From positions 1,334,502 through 1,398,501 of the forward strand of contig KV454013.1 in the NCBI GenBank assembly GCA_001661245.1: 64,000 nt of DNA. The letters run 5' to 3'. Both the position numbers and the translations under genes were made by a program. The stretch's first letter is position 1. Every line of letters begins with the position of its first letter. This DNA comes from Pachysolen tannophilus NRRL Y-2460 (Eukaryota). The notes beneath the pieces are model-generated. The model was not told the DNA's origin. It did not search any database and saw only the letters and a program-made list of their open reading frames with translations. This document shows positions 1-11,028 of this stretch, one piece after another.

Positions 1-1
1 A

Positions 2-928
2 ATTGTTAAATATATCAATTATTCGTCGCTTGATTTGGTAAAAACGTCAAAAGATTTTTCATTTTTGAGAAAGGAATTGAATATATCGACATTTGAAAAT
101 TTGGATCACAGTTCAGAGTTCAAGCATAAATTAGTTTCGTGTAAGAACGAGGCAGATAAAATCATAGTTATTGAGGAAGAGTTTATCTCTTCAATCATCC
201 AGAGAAGTCAAGTCGAGTTTATCAAAAACTTTAAATCCTCGCTACTTGAGACTTTTAAGGATGCTTATTATGAAGATGATGCAGAACTATTTGGAAAAGA
301 CTACACCTCATCATTGTTTTTCTCTTTATGTTCGTTGATATCCATACACTTGCATTTACTGTCGATTCATAGCACTTCCACAAATTGGTATTTTTTGTAT
401 CAATACACATCAATGCTCGTTGATAGCGTTGTTGACAAAGGCTCTCTTTGTACTTATGATCTTCATTGTATTTTGAACTTAGTGGATGCCTTGAAACATC
501 TTGCGTCTGTTAAATTAAACCAACCTACATTCTTAAAATTAAATTTAAGAGTGATGACGATGAGTAAGGTTTACGATTTGTTAGTAGCATTATATCATTT
601 GTTTACCACATATAAAGACCAACTGAACTATTTAGAATTTATCAAGCCGTATTTGGACTCAAAATTTTATTTGTTTGAGTTTGGGAAAATTCCCTATGAG
701 ACCTTCAAGGTACCCGACTCTTACATTGAAACTATAAAGAATATTTTAAAAAGACATGATATTACTGACATAATAGATGAAATTGCTGACGTTGATATAA
801 TTGAGGTTAGAAACACAGAGCAAAATTTACGATTAAACTATCAGAGGTTCAAATATAATGTTGAAGGTAACAACAATTACATTGAAAGCACAAATACATT
901 TATAAATGAATTAACTGTTTTTATTTAA
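2..928 (+). CDS. 3' part of an unidentified helical protein; the frame is open from the window edge
   Basis: Frame has no stop from position 2 to TAA at 926-928. The track's start at 35 is a TTG, so the real start lies upstream of the window. No motif recognised. Confidence 0.6.
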   Translation: MVKYINYSSLDLVKTSKDFSFLRKELNISTFENLDHSSEFKHKLVSCKNEADKIIVIEEEFISSIIQRSQVEFIKNFKSSLLETFKDAYYEDDAELFGKDYTSSLFFSLCSLISIHLHLLSIHSTSTNWYFLYQYTSMLVDSVVDKGSLCTYDLHCILNLVDALKHLASVKLNQPTFLKLNLRVMTMSKVYDLLVALYHLFTTYKDQLNYLEFIKPYLDSKFYLFEFGKIPYETFKVPDSYIETIKNILKRHDITDIIDEIADVDIIEVRNTEQNLRLNYQRFKYNVEGNNNYIESTNTFINELTVFI

Positions 929-1242
929 AGTTAATTTTAGTTTTTTTTTTTTTTTTGGGGAGGTTTTATTTGATTTATTTAGTTTTATTTTTCAAATTTT
1001 TGGGTGTAATAATTTAATTTTTTAATAAGGATGGTTTAAATAAAAGATTTAATTTAATCTACAATTACAATTAATTATACTCAATAAAAATTCATTTAAA
1101 TTGATACATCTCAATCAATTCACGAAAAAATTTTGATAAGCAAAATTTAAGTCGATCTGAGTATATAACAAGATACAGGATCTTGAAATATTTTATTATA
1201 ATGTCGTTTTCATACCTACCAATCACTAATTTTTTCAAAAAT

Positions 1243-2601
1243 TTAACTTGAAATAGTAACGGTGGTACCACTTTCGCTTAACCAGTCAGAAACTGTGTCA
1301 GAATCAATTGTCGATTCAAAAGAGGTACTGTTATCAACGACGGTAATATGAACTTCACTGTCATAGAAGATGACTGCAGCTTTCATTGTAGAAGAAGTTG
1401 GTCTAGCGAAGTAATCTTGAGAACCACCACCACCGTCAGAGGTACCGTTATCACCTTCACCATCGTGTAAGTGAGAAATTAATTTGTCTTCACCTGCAGA
1501 TAAAATTTCGAATAAATCAAGTTCACCACAACCAGTTGCCCAACATGAACAAGTGCCATATTGAGTAGTTCTTGGGATCTTGGCATTTAATAACCAAATA
1601 GCTGGCATATCGTAGTTTTCGGTTGTATCTGAAACAGTTGATTCAGTTGGCATTAAAAATTCGAAAACAAACATTTTTGAGGCACCAGCAAATCCATGAT
1701 AAGCTGGAATGTCAGATCTATAATAACCACAATCACCAACCGAAGTGTCACTACATTCAGAACCTGAGAAAATTATGTATTCAACATCAGAGGCAATAGT
1801 AACCTCATCCAAAGCAACAGCTTCTGATGCTGCGGTAGTACCATCTGAGTTACAGTAGGATAAAGAGTTACCAAAACATGTTGACCAAGTACCTGAACCA
1901 TTAACTCCACCTAAATTATTCATGAAAGTGACATTAGTAGTTGAACCCGGTTCATAGTAAGAAACTCTTTCCCAACCACTTGTTGAAGTCGATGAGGAAG
2001 ATGAATCTGAAGATGAAGAAGTCGAAGTTGACGAAGATTCAGTTGAGTATGCTGGCTCAGAAGTGGTTATAGCTTCTGTTGAAGATTCGGAATAAACAAC
2101 AGTCACAGAAGAGTCTGAAACATCGGATGTTGCAGAAGTAGCTGCGGTGGTAATGGTGTTACCGTATTGGTCAACAAGAACAGTAGCAGTAACATCAATA
2201 TATTCAGTTGATACTGCTCTCTTGTGCAGATGGTGGACATGTTGCGTAGTAGTACATTCATCATCACTGTCATCTCTTTTAACTTTCTTGGAGCTTGAAG
2301 AGTCAGATGGATAGTATACACCAAATTGTAATAATTTCAATGGACCTCTGAAATGAACTGAAAGTTCTTCATCCAATGGTGACAAAGTACCCGAGAATGA
2401 AGCTGTATCGGTTGAACAATCACATGAAGTTTCATCCATATCAGTGACATCGGTATAGGAACCTGAATAACCAATTCCTTCGTAAACGATGTTTGTGACT
2501 TCATCACAGTAATAGTTACCTGAAACATAGGAACAAGAGGTTGCTGAGACAGCCTTGATACCGGCTAAAACAGTTAACAAAACTGAAGTTGATAATTTCA
2601 T
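1243..2601 (-). CDS. TOS1: Tos1/YJL171C/Pga52-family secreted cell-wall protein (putative glycoside hydrolase)
   Basis: Signal peptide MKLSTSVLLTVLAGIKAVSA from ATG at 2601. Motifs FSGTLSPLDEELSVHFRGPLKLLQFGVY, HHLHKR Kex2-like site, S/T linker, DMPAIWLLNAKIPRT, CSCWATGCGELDLFE. Confidence 0.9.
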   Translation of the reverse strand: MKLSTSVLLTVLAGIKAVSATSCSYVSGNYYCDEVTNIVYEGIGYSGSYTDVTDMDETSCDCSTDTASFSGTLSPLDEELSVHFRGPLKLLQFGVYYPSDSSSSKKVKRDDSDDECTTTQHVHHLHKRAVSTEYIDVTATVLVDQYGNTITTAATSATSDVSDSSVTVVYSESSTEAITTSEPAYSTESSSTSTSSSSDSSSSSTSTSGWERVSYYEPGSTTNVTFMNNLGGVNGSGTWSTCFGNSLSYCNSDGTTAASEAVALDEVTIASDVEYIIFSGSECSDTSVGDCGYYRSDIPAYHGFAGASKMFVFEFLMPTESTVSDTTENYDMPAIWLLNAKIPRTTQYGTCSCWATGCGELDLFEILSAGEDKLISHLHDGEGDNGTSDGGGGSQDYFARPTSSTMKAAVIFYDSEVHITVVDNSTSFESTIDSDTVSDWLSESGTTVTISS

Positions 2602-3998
2602 TCTATCGTTCAAAAGCCAATATTCGTTCTTGTATTATTTATCTGGAAAGGAATGAAACAAACAAACAAAAAAATATGCCAACACGAGTTCTCTGGAATT
2701 TAATATTTTATTAAAGGAGCGTAATAAGTTGGATTAAATGCTTTTTCTTTTACGAAAAAAATAACAAACCACAACAACAATCCCAGAATTAAGTGCTGAG
2801 TTAGCTTTTCTTTTCAAAAAAAACAAAAAAAAAAAAAAAAAAATCAAAAAAGTAGATAAAGAATACTATAATACCGGTTGAGGAAAAGTAATTCTATATA
2901 AAGTCGCTTTTCAAAAAAAAAAAAAATGTTTATAAAAGCTTAGATAAAAAGAAATTTTTAATAGGTAAAAGGTAAAAAAGAAGTTTGAAACCTTTTATTG
3001 AAAATGGCCAGCCAGTATGTAGTAATATTATCATTACAATATAAGAATGATGTAGGCTTGCGTTACTTAAGTAAGCATGAAATTTTGTTACAGGTTGGTG
3101 GTTTTCTACTAATTACTATGAGGAGGTAAAAAAAAACATAAAAAGATAAACACGCCTAGCACCATAAAATAAGAAAAGGGAAGGAAAATTTTGTTATTAA
3201 ATTTCTCTTTTAAGGCATAAATACTCATGCATGCTGCAGATCTATAGTTGTAATATGCATGTTAATTTAACCTTGCATAATGAATTGTACCAAGTGGCTG
3301 GTGGCGGGCGAAAAAAAAAAGAAAAAAGAAAAAAGATCGAGAAAAAAGGGTCGCGGTATGAACCTCATCAGACAAATGTTTAATACCGCCTTTTGTTCCC
3401 CCTTTTAATACTGGTGATAAACGATAAAGGATTCTTAAACCTCATTCTTTCCACCATTCTATCATCCATTAGGTGCGATGGTTTTTTGGTTCCTTGAAAG
3501 TTCTTGAATTTGGTATCTTGAATTTGGCACCGGGAGCATGAGTACAATCTTAACAAATTGCAGAGAGGCTATTTTTTCCAATTTGTCTAGCTTTAAAACT
3601 TTAAGTTCACTTATTATGCAAACAGAAAAGACTATATAATATTAGTAGTAGCTAAGCTGAAAAATTCTCCATTTTTCGCTTCTAGCTTTTCAGGTGTAAA
3701 ACTAAGAAAACTACGTAACTACAAGGCTAATTTTTCATCTTACTTTGTTTACCGTCACAAAAGGGTTGATTTAAACTCTCTTGTAGAATGAATGTACCAA
3801 GTCAACTCACTATTAGTAGCAGCAGCACATTTATTTGAGTTGGGTACAAACTAGATATAACGGCAAAATCTAAAAAAAAAAAAATTAAGTTTTTTTTTTT
3901 TCTCTCTCTTTTTTGCTTTTTAACAAACGTCTGTCTATTTTATACTTTAAACAAATACAGGTAGGTAGGTAAGTAAGGTGATTTGTTTTCTTTTATCC

Positions 3999-4054
3999 TT
4001 TCGCGTGTAGCTCGAATATCTTTTAAGTTTGGGGCTGGTGTTCTGGATTTCGTG
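3999..4054 (-). promoter_or_regulatory. Two SCB-like elements (CGCGAAA, CACGAAA) upstream of TOS1
   Basis: TTTCGCG at 3999-4005 and TTTCGTG at 4048-4054. TOS1 is an SBF target in S. cerevisiae, but these lie ~1.4 kb from the ATG. Confidence 0.35.
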
Positions 4055-4208
4055 TTTTTTTTTTTTTCTTTTTCATTTATTTCCCTTTAAGGTTTTAAGT
4101 TACAATTTTTTTTTTTTTAAACGAATCAATTTTTCACTGCTGATGCATCATTGCAGCTAAATAACAGTAATTTGTGCCGAAAAACATAATAAAAAAATTC
4201 TTTCAACA

Positions 4209-4280
4209 ATAAGTACTCACTCATCATATATATATATATATATATATAAATGATGATGAGTGAGTTGAGTGAGTACTTAT
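4209..4280. repeat. Inverted repeat flanking a (TA)n tract
   Basis: ATAAGTACTCACTCA (4209-4223) and its reverse complement TGAGTGAGTACTTAT (4266-4280) surround a TA microsatellite. Confidence 0.85.
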
Positions 4281-4375
4281 CTACCAACAACAAAGAAGAT
4301 AATAATATTGATCCAGAATCTGAATTGTAAAGTTTTTTTTTTTTTTTTTTTGGCTTCTCTTTACATAAAAAATTT

Positions 4376-4401
4376 TAAAATTTTAGAATTCTAAAATTTT
4401 A
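4376..4401. repeat. Perfect 26-bp palindrome
   Basis: TAAAATTTTAGAATTCTAAAATTTTA equals its own reverse complement. Confidence 0.85.
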
Positions 4402-5021
4402 TTTTTTTCTTTTTTATTGTTTGACCTGAAAATTTTTTTTCATCTTCGTCATAGTTCAGATTTGTAAAAGCTGATATTTTTTTAATTTTGTTTTATTTTA
4501 TTTTTATTGTCTTGTTACATTCTCTAACTAATAGTTTATATAGGTAAGTTTAACATCTAAAGTCTAAAGTTTAACTCTTGAAAAACTTTTTCAGTTTTAT
4601 GAAAACCATCTAGGCCCTTTGTTTGCTTGTTTAAAAATCAAATCAGTTCTAGGAACAAGAATTTGATAGAACTAAGCCTCGGCTGAAGTTATCTTGATCT
4701 CAGCACCTTCACCTGTTCATTTTCTATTTTGTACTCTGACTAAATTTATAAACCCCTTACTTCAAAGCTTTTTACTTTGTGTATGAAAAAAAAAATTTTT
4801 TTCATTTTTTTTTTCATCAGCATTTTTGTAATACTTATTTTGATGGCTTTATTTAAACCACTTTGAATGCGGCTACATACATATATTATTTTACATTTTT
4901 AAAAAGTTACCCCTTATCCTTGAACTAAAATCAAAAATCAAATTAACTTGAATATTATATATATATATATAACATAAAAAAGGTTTATAGAATTGTATAT
5001 AAAAGAAATTTAAAAATTCAT

Positions 5022-7100
5022 CTATAAATTTTCCGTTTTCTTTTTTTCTCTTTTAATAAATTCTTTATAAAACCCATTTGAAATTCTGTATAAAGAACTT
5101 CTTCCATCGTATAAAGGATATACACCTATCAGAAGTAAAGCCAGATAAACCCAGATAAGTGACATTGTAGTCCAACCTCTGAAAAATGCTTTTCCAAATA
5201 TATAATCACGATAAAGTGGTAAGGGCCATACAACCCAAGTGATTAAGAAAACCAGAAGTGCTGCACCATAAGCAATCTTGATGTATAAGTTAATAATTCT
5301 TTGATTTTCTTGAGCTTCTTGTGATTCAATTGAATTTAATAATTCAGGATCTGTTTCAATAATTTGTACATCTGGTGAAATTTTTTCAGTAACACCACCA
5401 TAATTAGAATTACCTTGATCTTCAGCTAATGAAGAATTACTAGATGAAGATTTTTTCTCTTTATTTTCTTCAACATCATCTTCAGGAGTAACAAGGGAAG
5501 CTTGTTGAAGAATAGACCAATCAAATTTATAATTTCTATCTGCTAAACTTAAAATCACAGATATTAAACCTGGAAGGAAAAGTGCAACTAATCCACCATA
5601 TAAACAAGGTAATTGCCCACCTGTACTGGTAATGCTTATTACACCGTAAAATTTATAAGCTGTAGATAACCATGTAGCAATACCTGCAGCCATTCCAATG
5701 ATTGGAGAAACGAAAAATGCTAGTTTTGTTTGTTTATCCCAAGTAATCGCAAAAAGTAATGGAATAACACCAGGACAGATGATCATTGAATAGAAATAAC
5801 CAAACCAAGTCATATTTACTCCAACATAATGAAGCATTAAACTAAAACCTGCAGAGAAAAGTCCAAAAAATACAACTCCAAAATGAGAAAGTCTAATTAA
5901 TTGATGATTTTGTGCATCTTTATTAATATAACTTTTATAAATATCAAATGACATGATACTACTGACTGAAATCATTTGAGCACTAACAGTAGAAGTAACA
6001 GCAAGATAGATAACCAACAATAATCCAGCTAAAGAATTTTTACCCAAAACTGCTTTCAAAGTATATGGTAACCCATACCCACTATCTATTTCATCTGTTG
6101 TCATGGTTCTTGGATAAGTTGGGAAAATTTTACTACTTTCCAATACAACATTTGCTAATCCAACAATAGTTCCCAATGGCCAAACAATAGCAAAGATTGC
6201 AACTGCAGCAATCAAATAACCTGGAACTGATGCTCTAATACTAGCACTAAAACTTTTTTGCCAAAATGAGCTATCCATAATAGTTAATCCAAAATCACCA
6301 ATTGCATGGATTATACCAAAATAAATGGAACCTTTTGATTTACCAGTTAAAAAAGAACCTTCAAAATTACCTTCAATCGATCTACCACTTTTATTTTCAA
6401 TGACCATATCGTAAAGACTATCAATACCACCAATTTCACTGGAAGTTAACACTGCAGTATTGAAATAACATAAAATTATTAAAGCTATTATTGAATGAAT
6501 ATAATCAGTAAGAAATGTAGCCCTCAAACCACCAAAAGTTGTATACATTAAGACTCCAACAGGAATTAACATTGTACTTGCAGCAATATTCATGTTACCA
6601 GCAATAACGGAAATTGCACCAGCAGCACCCAAAATCATTGATGAAGATGATAATAAATTTGTACTCAAACATAAAAATAAATACAAGATATGACAAGCTT
6701 TACCATATCTTAACTTGACAATTTCTAAACTTGTATGACCATTTGGAATCTTCTTTTTCGCTTCTATACCAATAACGGCCATTATACAGATATGAACTGA
6801 AAGTCCTGCACCGTACCAGAAACTTGCCATAATACCATAGCTATACACCATAGTAACAACCCATAAAGTTTCAGTTGCCCAAAACCAACTACTAAAAGTA
6901 GCACTAGCAGTTAAGGCAACACCAACAGATCTATTACTAAGCATCCACTGCTCAGTTGAGTGCAAGTTTTCCCCAAGGTAGCGACTCATGAGCTTTGTTG
7001 CAACCCATACTCCAAGAGCAAATAATGTACCAATTCCTACTAAAACACCATACCCAGAGCCTTGGTTTAAAAGTTCAATAGTAGTTGTTTCTGAAGACAT
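5022..7100 (-). CDS. Dur3-family sodium:solute symporter (urea/polyamine transporter-like)
   Basis: Many hydrophobic segments. Dur3-like motifs LNQGSGYGVLVGIG, PNGHTSLEIVKLRYG, GGLRATFLTDYIH, AVTSTVSAQMISVSSIMSFDIY, VVWPLPLY. Looks like a divergent paralogue, so no symbol given. Confidence 0.9.
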   Translation of the reverse strand: MSSETTTIELLNQGSGYGVLVGIGTLFALGVWVATKLMSRYLGENLHSTEQWMLSNRSVGVALTASATFSSWFWATETLWVVTMVYSYGIMASFWYGAGLSVHICIMAVIGIEAKKKIPNGHTSLEIVKLRYGKACHILYLFLCLSTNLLSSSSMILGAAGAISVIAGNMNIAASTMLIPVGVLMYTTFGGLRATFLTDYIHSIIALIILCYFNTAVLTSSEIGGIDSLYDMVIENKSGRSIEGNFEGSFLTGKSKGSIYFGIIHAIGDFGLTIMDSSFWQKSFSASIRASVPGYLIAAVAIFAIVWPLGTIVGLANVVLESSKIFPTYPRTMTTDEIDSGYGLPYTLKAVLGKNSLAGLLLVIYLAVTSTVSAQMISVSSIMSFDIYKSYINKDAQNHQLIRLSHFGVVFFGLFSAGFSLMLHYVGVNMTWFGYFYSMIICPGVIPLLFAITWDKQTKLAFFVSPIIGMAAGIATWLSTAYKFYGVISITSTGGQLPCLYGGLVALFLPGLISVILSLADRNYKFDWSILQQASLVTPEDDVEENKEKKSSSSNSSLAEDQGNSNYGGVTEKISPDVQIIETDPELLNSIESQEAQENQRIINLYIKIAYGAALLVFLITWVVWPLPLYRDYIFGKAFFRGWTTMSLIWVYLALLLIGVYPLYDGRSSLYRISNGFYKEFIKREKKKTENL

Positions 7101-7236
7101 TGTAGAATATTATAGATTTCTTTTTGTCAATTAATTTTACTCCCGAATCGACCTTAAGATCCAACGGTTATGTATATCCATATTTATATATAGCAGAAGA
7201 GAAATTATTATCTCTCAACAGAGAATTGCGTGTTAA

Positions 7237-7570
7237 CCACAGTAGATTTTCAATATACTCAGGAAAAGAATTTTTAATTTGAGAATTTGCAATGACATTA
7301 CTTCAAACTTCTGTCAATCAAAAGACGGTGATGTCAAATCTCATGTATGTATGTATCTATCTATTCAATAAGATTTGAGGTCAGAAACCTACATTTTGTT
7401 CAATTTTGACCTTGAAAAAAAAAACCCACAGTTTTAACAACAATGCAACATCATGCTTGATCCCCAATATTCGGTTAATCTTAGAAAGATTCTAGAAACT
7501 AAATTCTCTGTTGAACGTGTTGAACGTTTTAGTTATATTTCGTAATTATGTGAAGTTTTATCACAGTTAT
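7237..7570. promoter_or_regulatory. Met31/Met32-type sites in the divergent promoter between the transporter and the monooxygenase
   Basis: CCACAGTTT at 7426-7434 is the exact reverse complement of AAACTGTGG. Partial sites CCACAGT at 7237-7243 and TCACAGTTAT at 7561-7570. Confidence 0.7.
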
Positions 7571-7776
7571 AACTTCAAATTCCAAAAGAGGAATTAGTAT
7601 AGGTGTGGCTTCAATTTTTCAATTTTACAAAACTTTACAATTGGATGTCGTCAATCAAAAAGAAACCAAAGCCTATAATATAAAGAAAGAAGAGAAGAAG
7701 CAAGAATAAACAAGAATATGTGTGTAACTTAATGAATAAACTAACTTATTAACTTTTTATCTGTTTTAAAGAAAAA

Positions 7777-9279
7777 ATGACCAACGAGATTAAACCAAAG
7801 AAAAAGCTCATTATCAATGCTTTTGATATGGGCTGCATTGGACTTCAAAACCCTGGATTATGGACACATCCTGATGATACCAAGGCAAGTGGTTATAAGT
7901 CAATTGAATATTGGACTAATCTAGCTAAATTGTTAGAAAAGGGGAAATTTAATGCACTTTTTTTAGCTGATGTCTTGGGGGGTTATGATGTCTATAATGG
8001 TCCAAGAAATATTGCTCCTGCTGCAAGAGCCGCAGCCCAATGGCCTGTAAATGAACCAAGTGCTGTTGTACCAGCTATGGCAGCAGTTACTAAAAATTTA
8101 TGTTTTGGTATAACTTTTAGTACCATCAGTGAAGCACCTTATCATTTAACCAGGAGATTAGCAACTTTGGATCATTTGACTAAGGGAAGAGTTGGTTGGA
8201 ATGTGGTTTCTTCTTATTTGGACAGTGCAGCAAGAAATTTGTTAAATGGTGAACCATTACCAGAGCATGACGAAAGATATGTTAGAGCAGCCGAATATAT
8301 TCAAGTTGTTTATGAGTTGTTTTTATCATCTTGGAGAGATGATGCCGTCATTAATGATAGGAAAAAAAGAATTTATACAGACCCTGAAAGAGTTAGAGAA
8401 ATTAATTTTGAAGGCAACTATTTCAAAGTTCCTGGTCCAAATATAACTGAACCTACTCCTCAAAGATTACCAGTTATTTTACAAGCTGGAACATCAAGTG
8501 CAGGTAAAGATTTTGCTGCAAAAAATGCCGAATCTGTTTTCGTTACAGGATTTTCTCCAGAAAGTTTGAAAACTCAAATTGATGCTATCAAAAGTATTGC
8601 CAAAAATAAATATAATAGAGAAGAAGGTACAATTAAATTTGTTCAATTGGTAACTGTTATTATTGGTCAAACTTTTGAAGAAGCTGAAAAGAAATATGAA
8701 GAATATAGAAGCCATGGTGATATTCAAGGTGCACAAGCTCTTTTCAGTGGATGGACTGGGATTGACATTGGCCAATTTGACGAGAAAGAAGAATTGAGAG
8801 ATGTGGGATCAAATGCAGTCCGTGGATTTGTTGATAATTGGACTAAATCAGCACCAGGAGATCCACCAAATTTGAAAAAAACTAGAGAATATGTTGCTAA
8901 GCAAATCACTGTTGGTGGATTGGGTCCTGTTTTCCACGGCACAGCAACTCAAGTTGCTGATGAAATTGAAAAATGGGTAAATATCTCTGGAATAGATGGA
9001 TTTAATTTCACTTATGCTGTTTCACCTGGCTCTTTTGAAGATATCGTTGAATATTTAATTCCAGAATTACAAAAAAGAGAATTGGTATGGGATGATTATC
9101 CAGAAAGTAAAGTAGGTGATGAACCTTCACTTTCTTTCCGTGAAAGTTTATTCGGTACTGACCGTGAAGATCCAAAATTCTTGCTTCCTTCCCATCCTGC
9201 AGGAAAATTGAGATGGACTCCAGAGTTTTCTAAAGAAGAATTTGAAAAGTACATCACTGAGTTAAAGGAAAATTCATGA
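7777..9279 (+). CDS. Bacterial luciferase-like FMNH2-dependent monooxygenase (NtaA/SnaA/DszA family)
   Basis: Motifs YWTNLAKLLEKGKFNALFLADVLG, LATLDHLTKGRVGWNVVSSY, HDERYVRAAEY, PTPQRLPVILQAGTSSAGKDFAAKNAE, DGFN, LIPELQKR. Confidence 0.93.
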   Translation: MTNEIKPKKKLIINAFDMGCIGLQNPGLWTHPDDTKASGYKSIEYWTNLAKLLEKGKFNALFLADVLGGYDVYNGPRNIAPAARAAAQWPVNEPSAVVPAMAAVTKNLCFGITFSTISEAPYHLTRRLATLDHLTKGRVGWNVVSSYLDSAARNLLNGEPLPEHDERYVRAAEYIQVVYELFLSSWRDDAVINDRKKRIYTDPERVREINFEGNYFKVPGPNITEPTPQRLPVILQAGTSSAGKDFAAKNAESVFVTGFSPESLKTQIDAIKSIAKNKYNREEGTIKFVQLVTVIIGQTFEEAEKKYEEYRSHGDIQGAQALFSGWTGIDIGQFDEKEELRDVGSNAVRGFVDNWTKSAPGDPPNLKKTREYVAKQITVGGLGPVFHGTATQVADEIEKWVNISGIDGFNFTYAVSPGSFEDIVEYLIPELQKRELVWDDYPESKVGDEPSLSFRESLFGTDREDPKFLLPSHPAGKLRWTPEFSKEEFEKYITELKENS

Positions 9280-9464
9280 TCTCTTAATGTTTGCCACTAT
9301 GCTACACGAACATAGTAGTTAGTAGTCTTTTGTTGTGTTTGCTTTTTTTTTTTTTTTATATATATATTTTATTTTATTCAATAAAATACATGAAAAGTTA
9401 TTATTTTACAAAAAATTCAATTTTATATTATATATATATTAAAAATCATATTTTTTAATAAATA

Positions 9465-10607
9465 TCAGTTTTTTAAAGAAACTACGTACTTTGAACCACT
9501 TGCTCCTTGTTTTTGTAATACGTCTAATGCTTTACTAACCGTTCCTAGATCTCCTTCAAATACCTTTGTTCTGATTGGTTTCACCAAGCCAGTTTCTAAA
9601 AATTTAGATGTCAGCTTAACAAAGCTTTCACCAAAATCAAGATCTTCATGAAATTGCTTTATAGCAATTTCTTTAATAATAACGTTTGGTTGATTTGATG
9701 TCTTTGGGTGGGAAACAATTCCAACAAATTGTGCTGGCTTCAGTATACGATTTTTCTTATCACCTAGTATATCGATAACAGAAAGCGAGGTTTCTTTTGA
9801 AAAACAATCAACTCCAAATGCAATTGATCTTTTATCAGCATATATTTTTTTCAAAATAGTATCCAAATCGTTATTCCTATCAATGACAATATCAGCACCA
9901 ATTTCATTTATTAAATAATCTCTGTTTTTTTTACTTGCAATTGAAATAACAGTGAGACCTAAAATTTTGGCCAATTGAGTTAAATACATTCCAACCACTG
10001 TAGAACCTCCCCAAATGAGTAAAGATTCTCCTCTATAACGTTTTGTAAAATCCAATTGAAAACTTTTCAAAAGAACAACACCAGCGGTTACCAAGCCAAC
10101 ACCAATCGTTGCACCATCTTCAAAAGTAATATGAGAAGGTAATTTCCAAACTAAACGTTTGTTCATAACGGTATATTCTTGGAAAGTACTGGTTCTATTA
10201 TCTCTATAGCTAGTACTGGCAACAATTACTCTTTCATCAATCAAATCCTTTTCCTCTCCGTGTTGTTTAACAACATAACCACTGCTTTCTCTACCATTGA
10301 TCCATGGGAAATGATACATTCCAAATTTAAACTTTTTACATTTCCAATCAACTGGATTCAACCCAATAGCTTTATTTTTAATCAAAATTTCATCCAGGTT
10401 TAAAGTGGAAATGGGATACTCTGTTTCATGAGATAATGGCTCCGTGAAATCTGTCACAACCACTGCACTTTGAATCGTTTGAGAAAACTCAAGTATCTCT
10501 TTTTCATGAATCTCAGATACTTTGTTCTTAGCGTCTTGGTAGACATTTCTTTCCACACTCCAATCACTATTATTACTAGTAGTAGTAACCTTGATATAAG
10601 ACAGCAT
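9465..10607 (-). CDS. Medium-chain dehydrogenase/reductase, enoyl-reductase/quinone-reductase-like (Zn-free)
   Basis: EILIKNKAIGLNPVDWK, GRESSGYVV, FQEYT, ITFEDGATIGVGLVTAG, LLIWGGSTVVG nucleotide-binding motif, GASGSKYVV. No catalytic Zn ligand set. Confidence 0.88.
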   Translation of the reverse strand: MLSYIKVTTTSNNSDWSVERNVYQDAKNKVSEIHEKEILEFSQTIQSAVVVTDFTEPLSHETEYPISTLNLDEILIKNKAIGLNPVDWKCKKFKFGMYHFPWINGRESSGYVVKQHGEEKDLIDERVIVASTSYRDNRTSTFQEYTVMNKRLVWKLPSHITFEDGATIGVGLVTAGVVLLKSFQLDFTKRYRGESLLIWGGSTVVGMYLTQLAKILGLTVISIASKKNRDYLINEIGADIVIDRNNDLDTILKKIYADKRSIAFGVDCFSKETSLSVIDILGDKKNRILKPAQFVGIVSHPKTSNQPNVIIKEIAIKQFHEDLDFGESFVKLTSKFLETGLVKPIRTKVFEGDLGTVSKALDVLQKQGASGSKYVVSLKN

Positions 10608-10746
10608 TTTGTATTTTTGGAGAGAATAGAAACAAATTCCAAGCTACAGAAAAACCAATTGTAGTAGTTCCATCATTTATATCTGCTCTATCCAATTATT
10701 CTACCCAACGAAACTCCGAATTTGAAATGTCAAAAGTCTCTTCTAT

Positions 10747-10929
10747 AACTGTGGCAAAAGATACACTCAATAAGCAGTGAGCCATGGTTTGTAAATCATT
10801 TCTCCTTTCAACTAAACTCTGATGTAAACCCCCAATCTCGTTTCCCCCGAAAGAGAAAAAAATGAGTACTTAAGGAATAGTACTGTGTCTCGGATTATGC
10901 AGAGTTTGTTGAAAAAAAAGAAGCCACAG
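10747..10929. promoter_or_regulatory. Met31/Met32-type sites in the divergent promoter between the MDR and the FMO
   Basis: AACTGTGGC at 10747-10755, ACTGTG at 10882-10887, GCCACAG at 10923-10929. Confidence 0.65.
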
Positions 10930-11028
10930 AAAATGTGAAAGATTTTCACATTTAATACCGATAGAATATATAATGAAGATGATAGATGATTTGTAAAGAC
11001 GATGGTAATACACTGAACAAACTAGAAC

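Noticed and set aside
7777..9279. Recent horizontal transfer of the luciferase-like monooxygenase from bacteria
   Set aside because: Base composition and codon usage match neighbouring genes and the family occurs in many fungi. A phylogeny would be needed to support even an ancient transfer.
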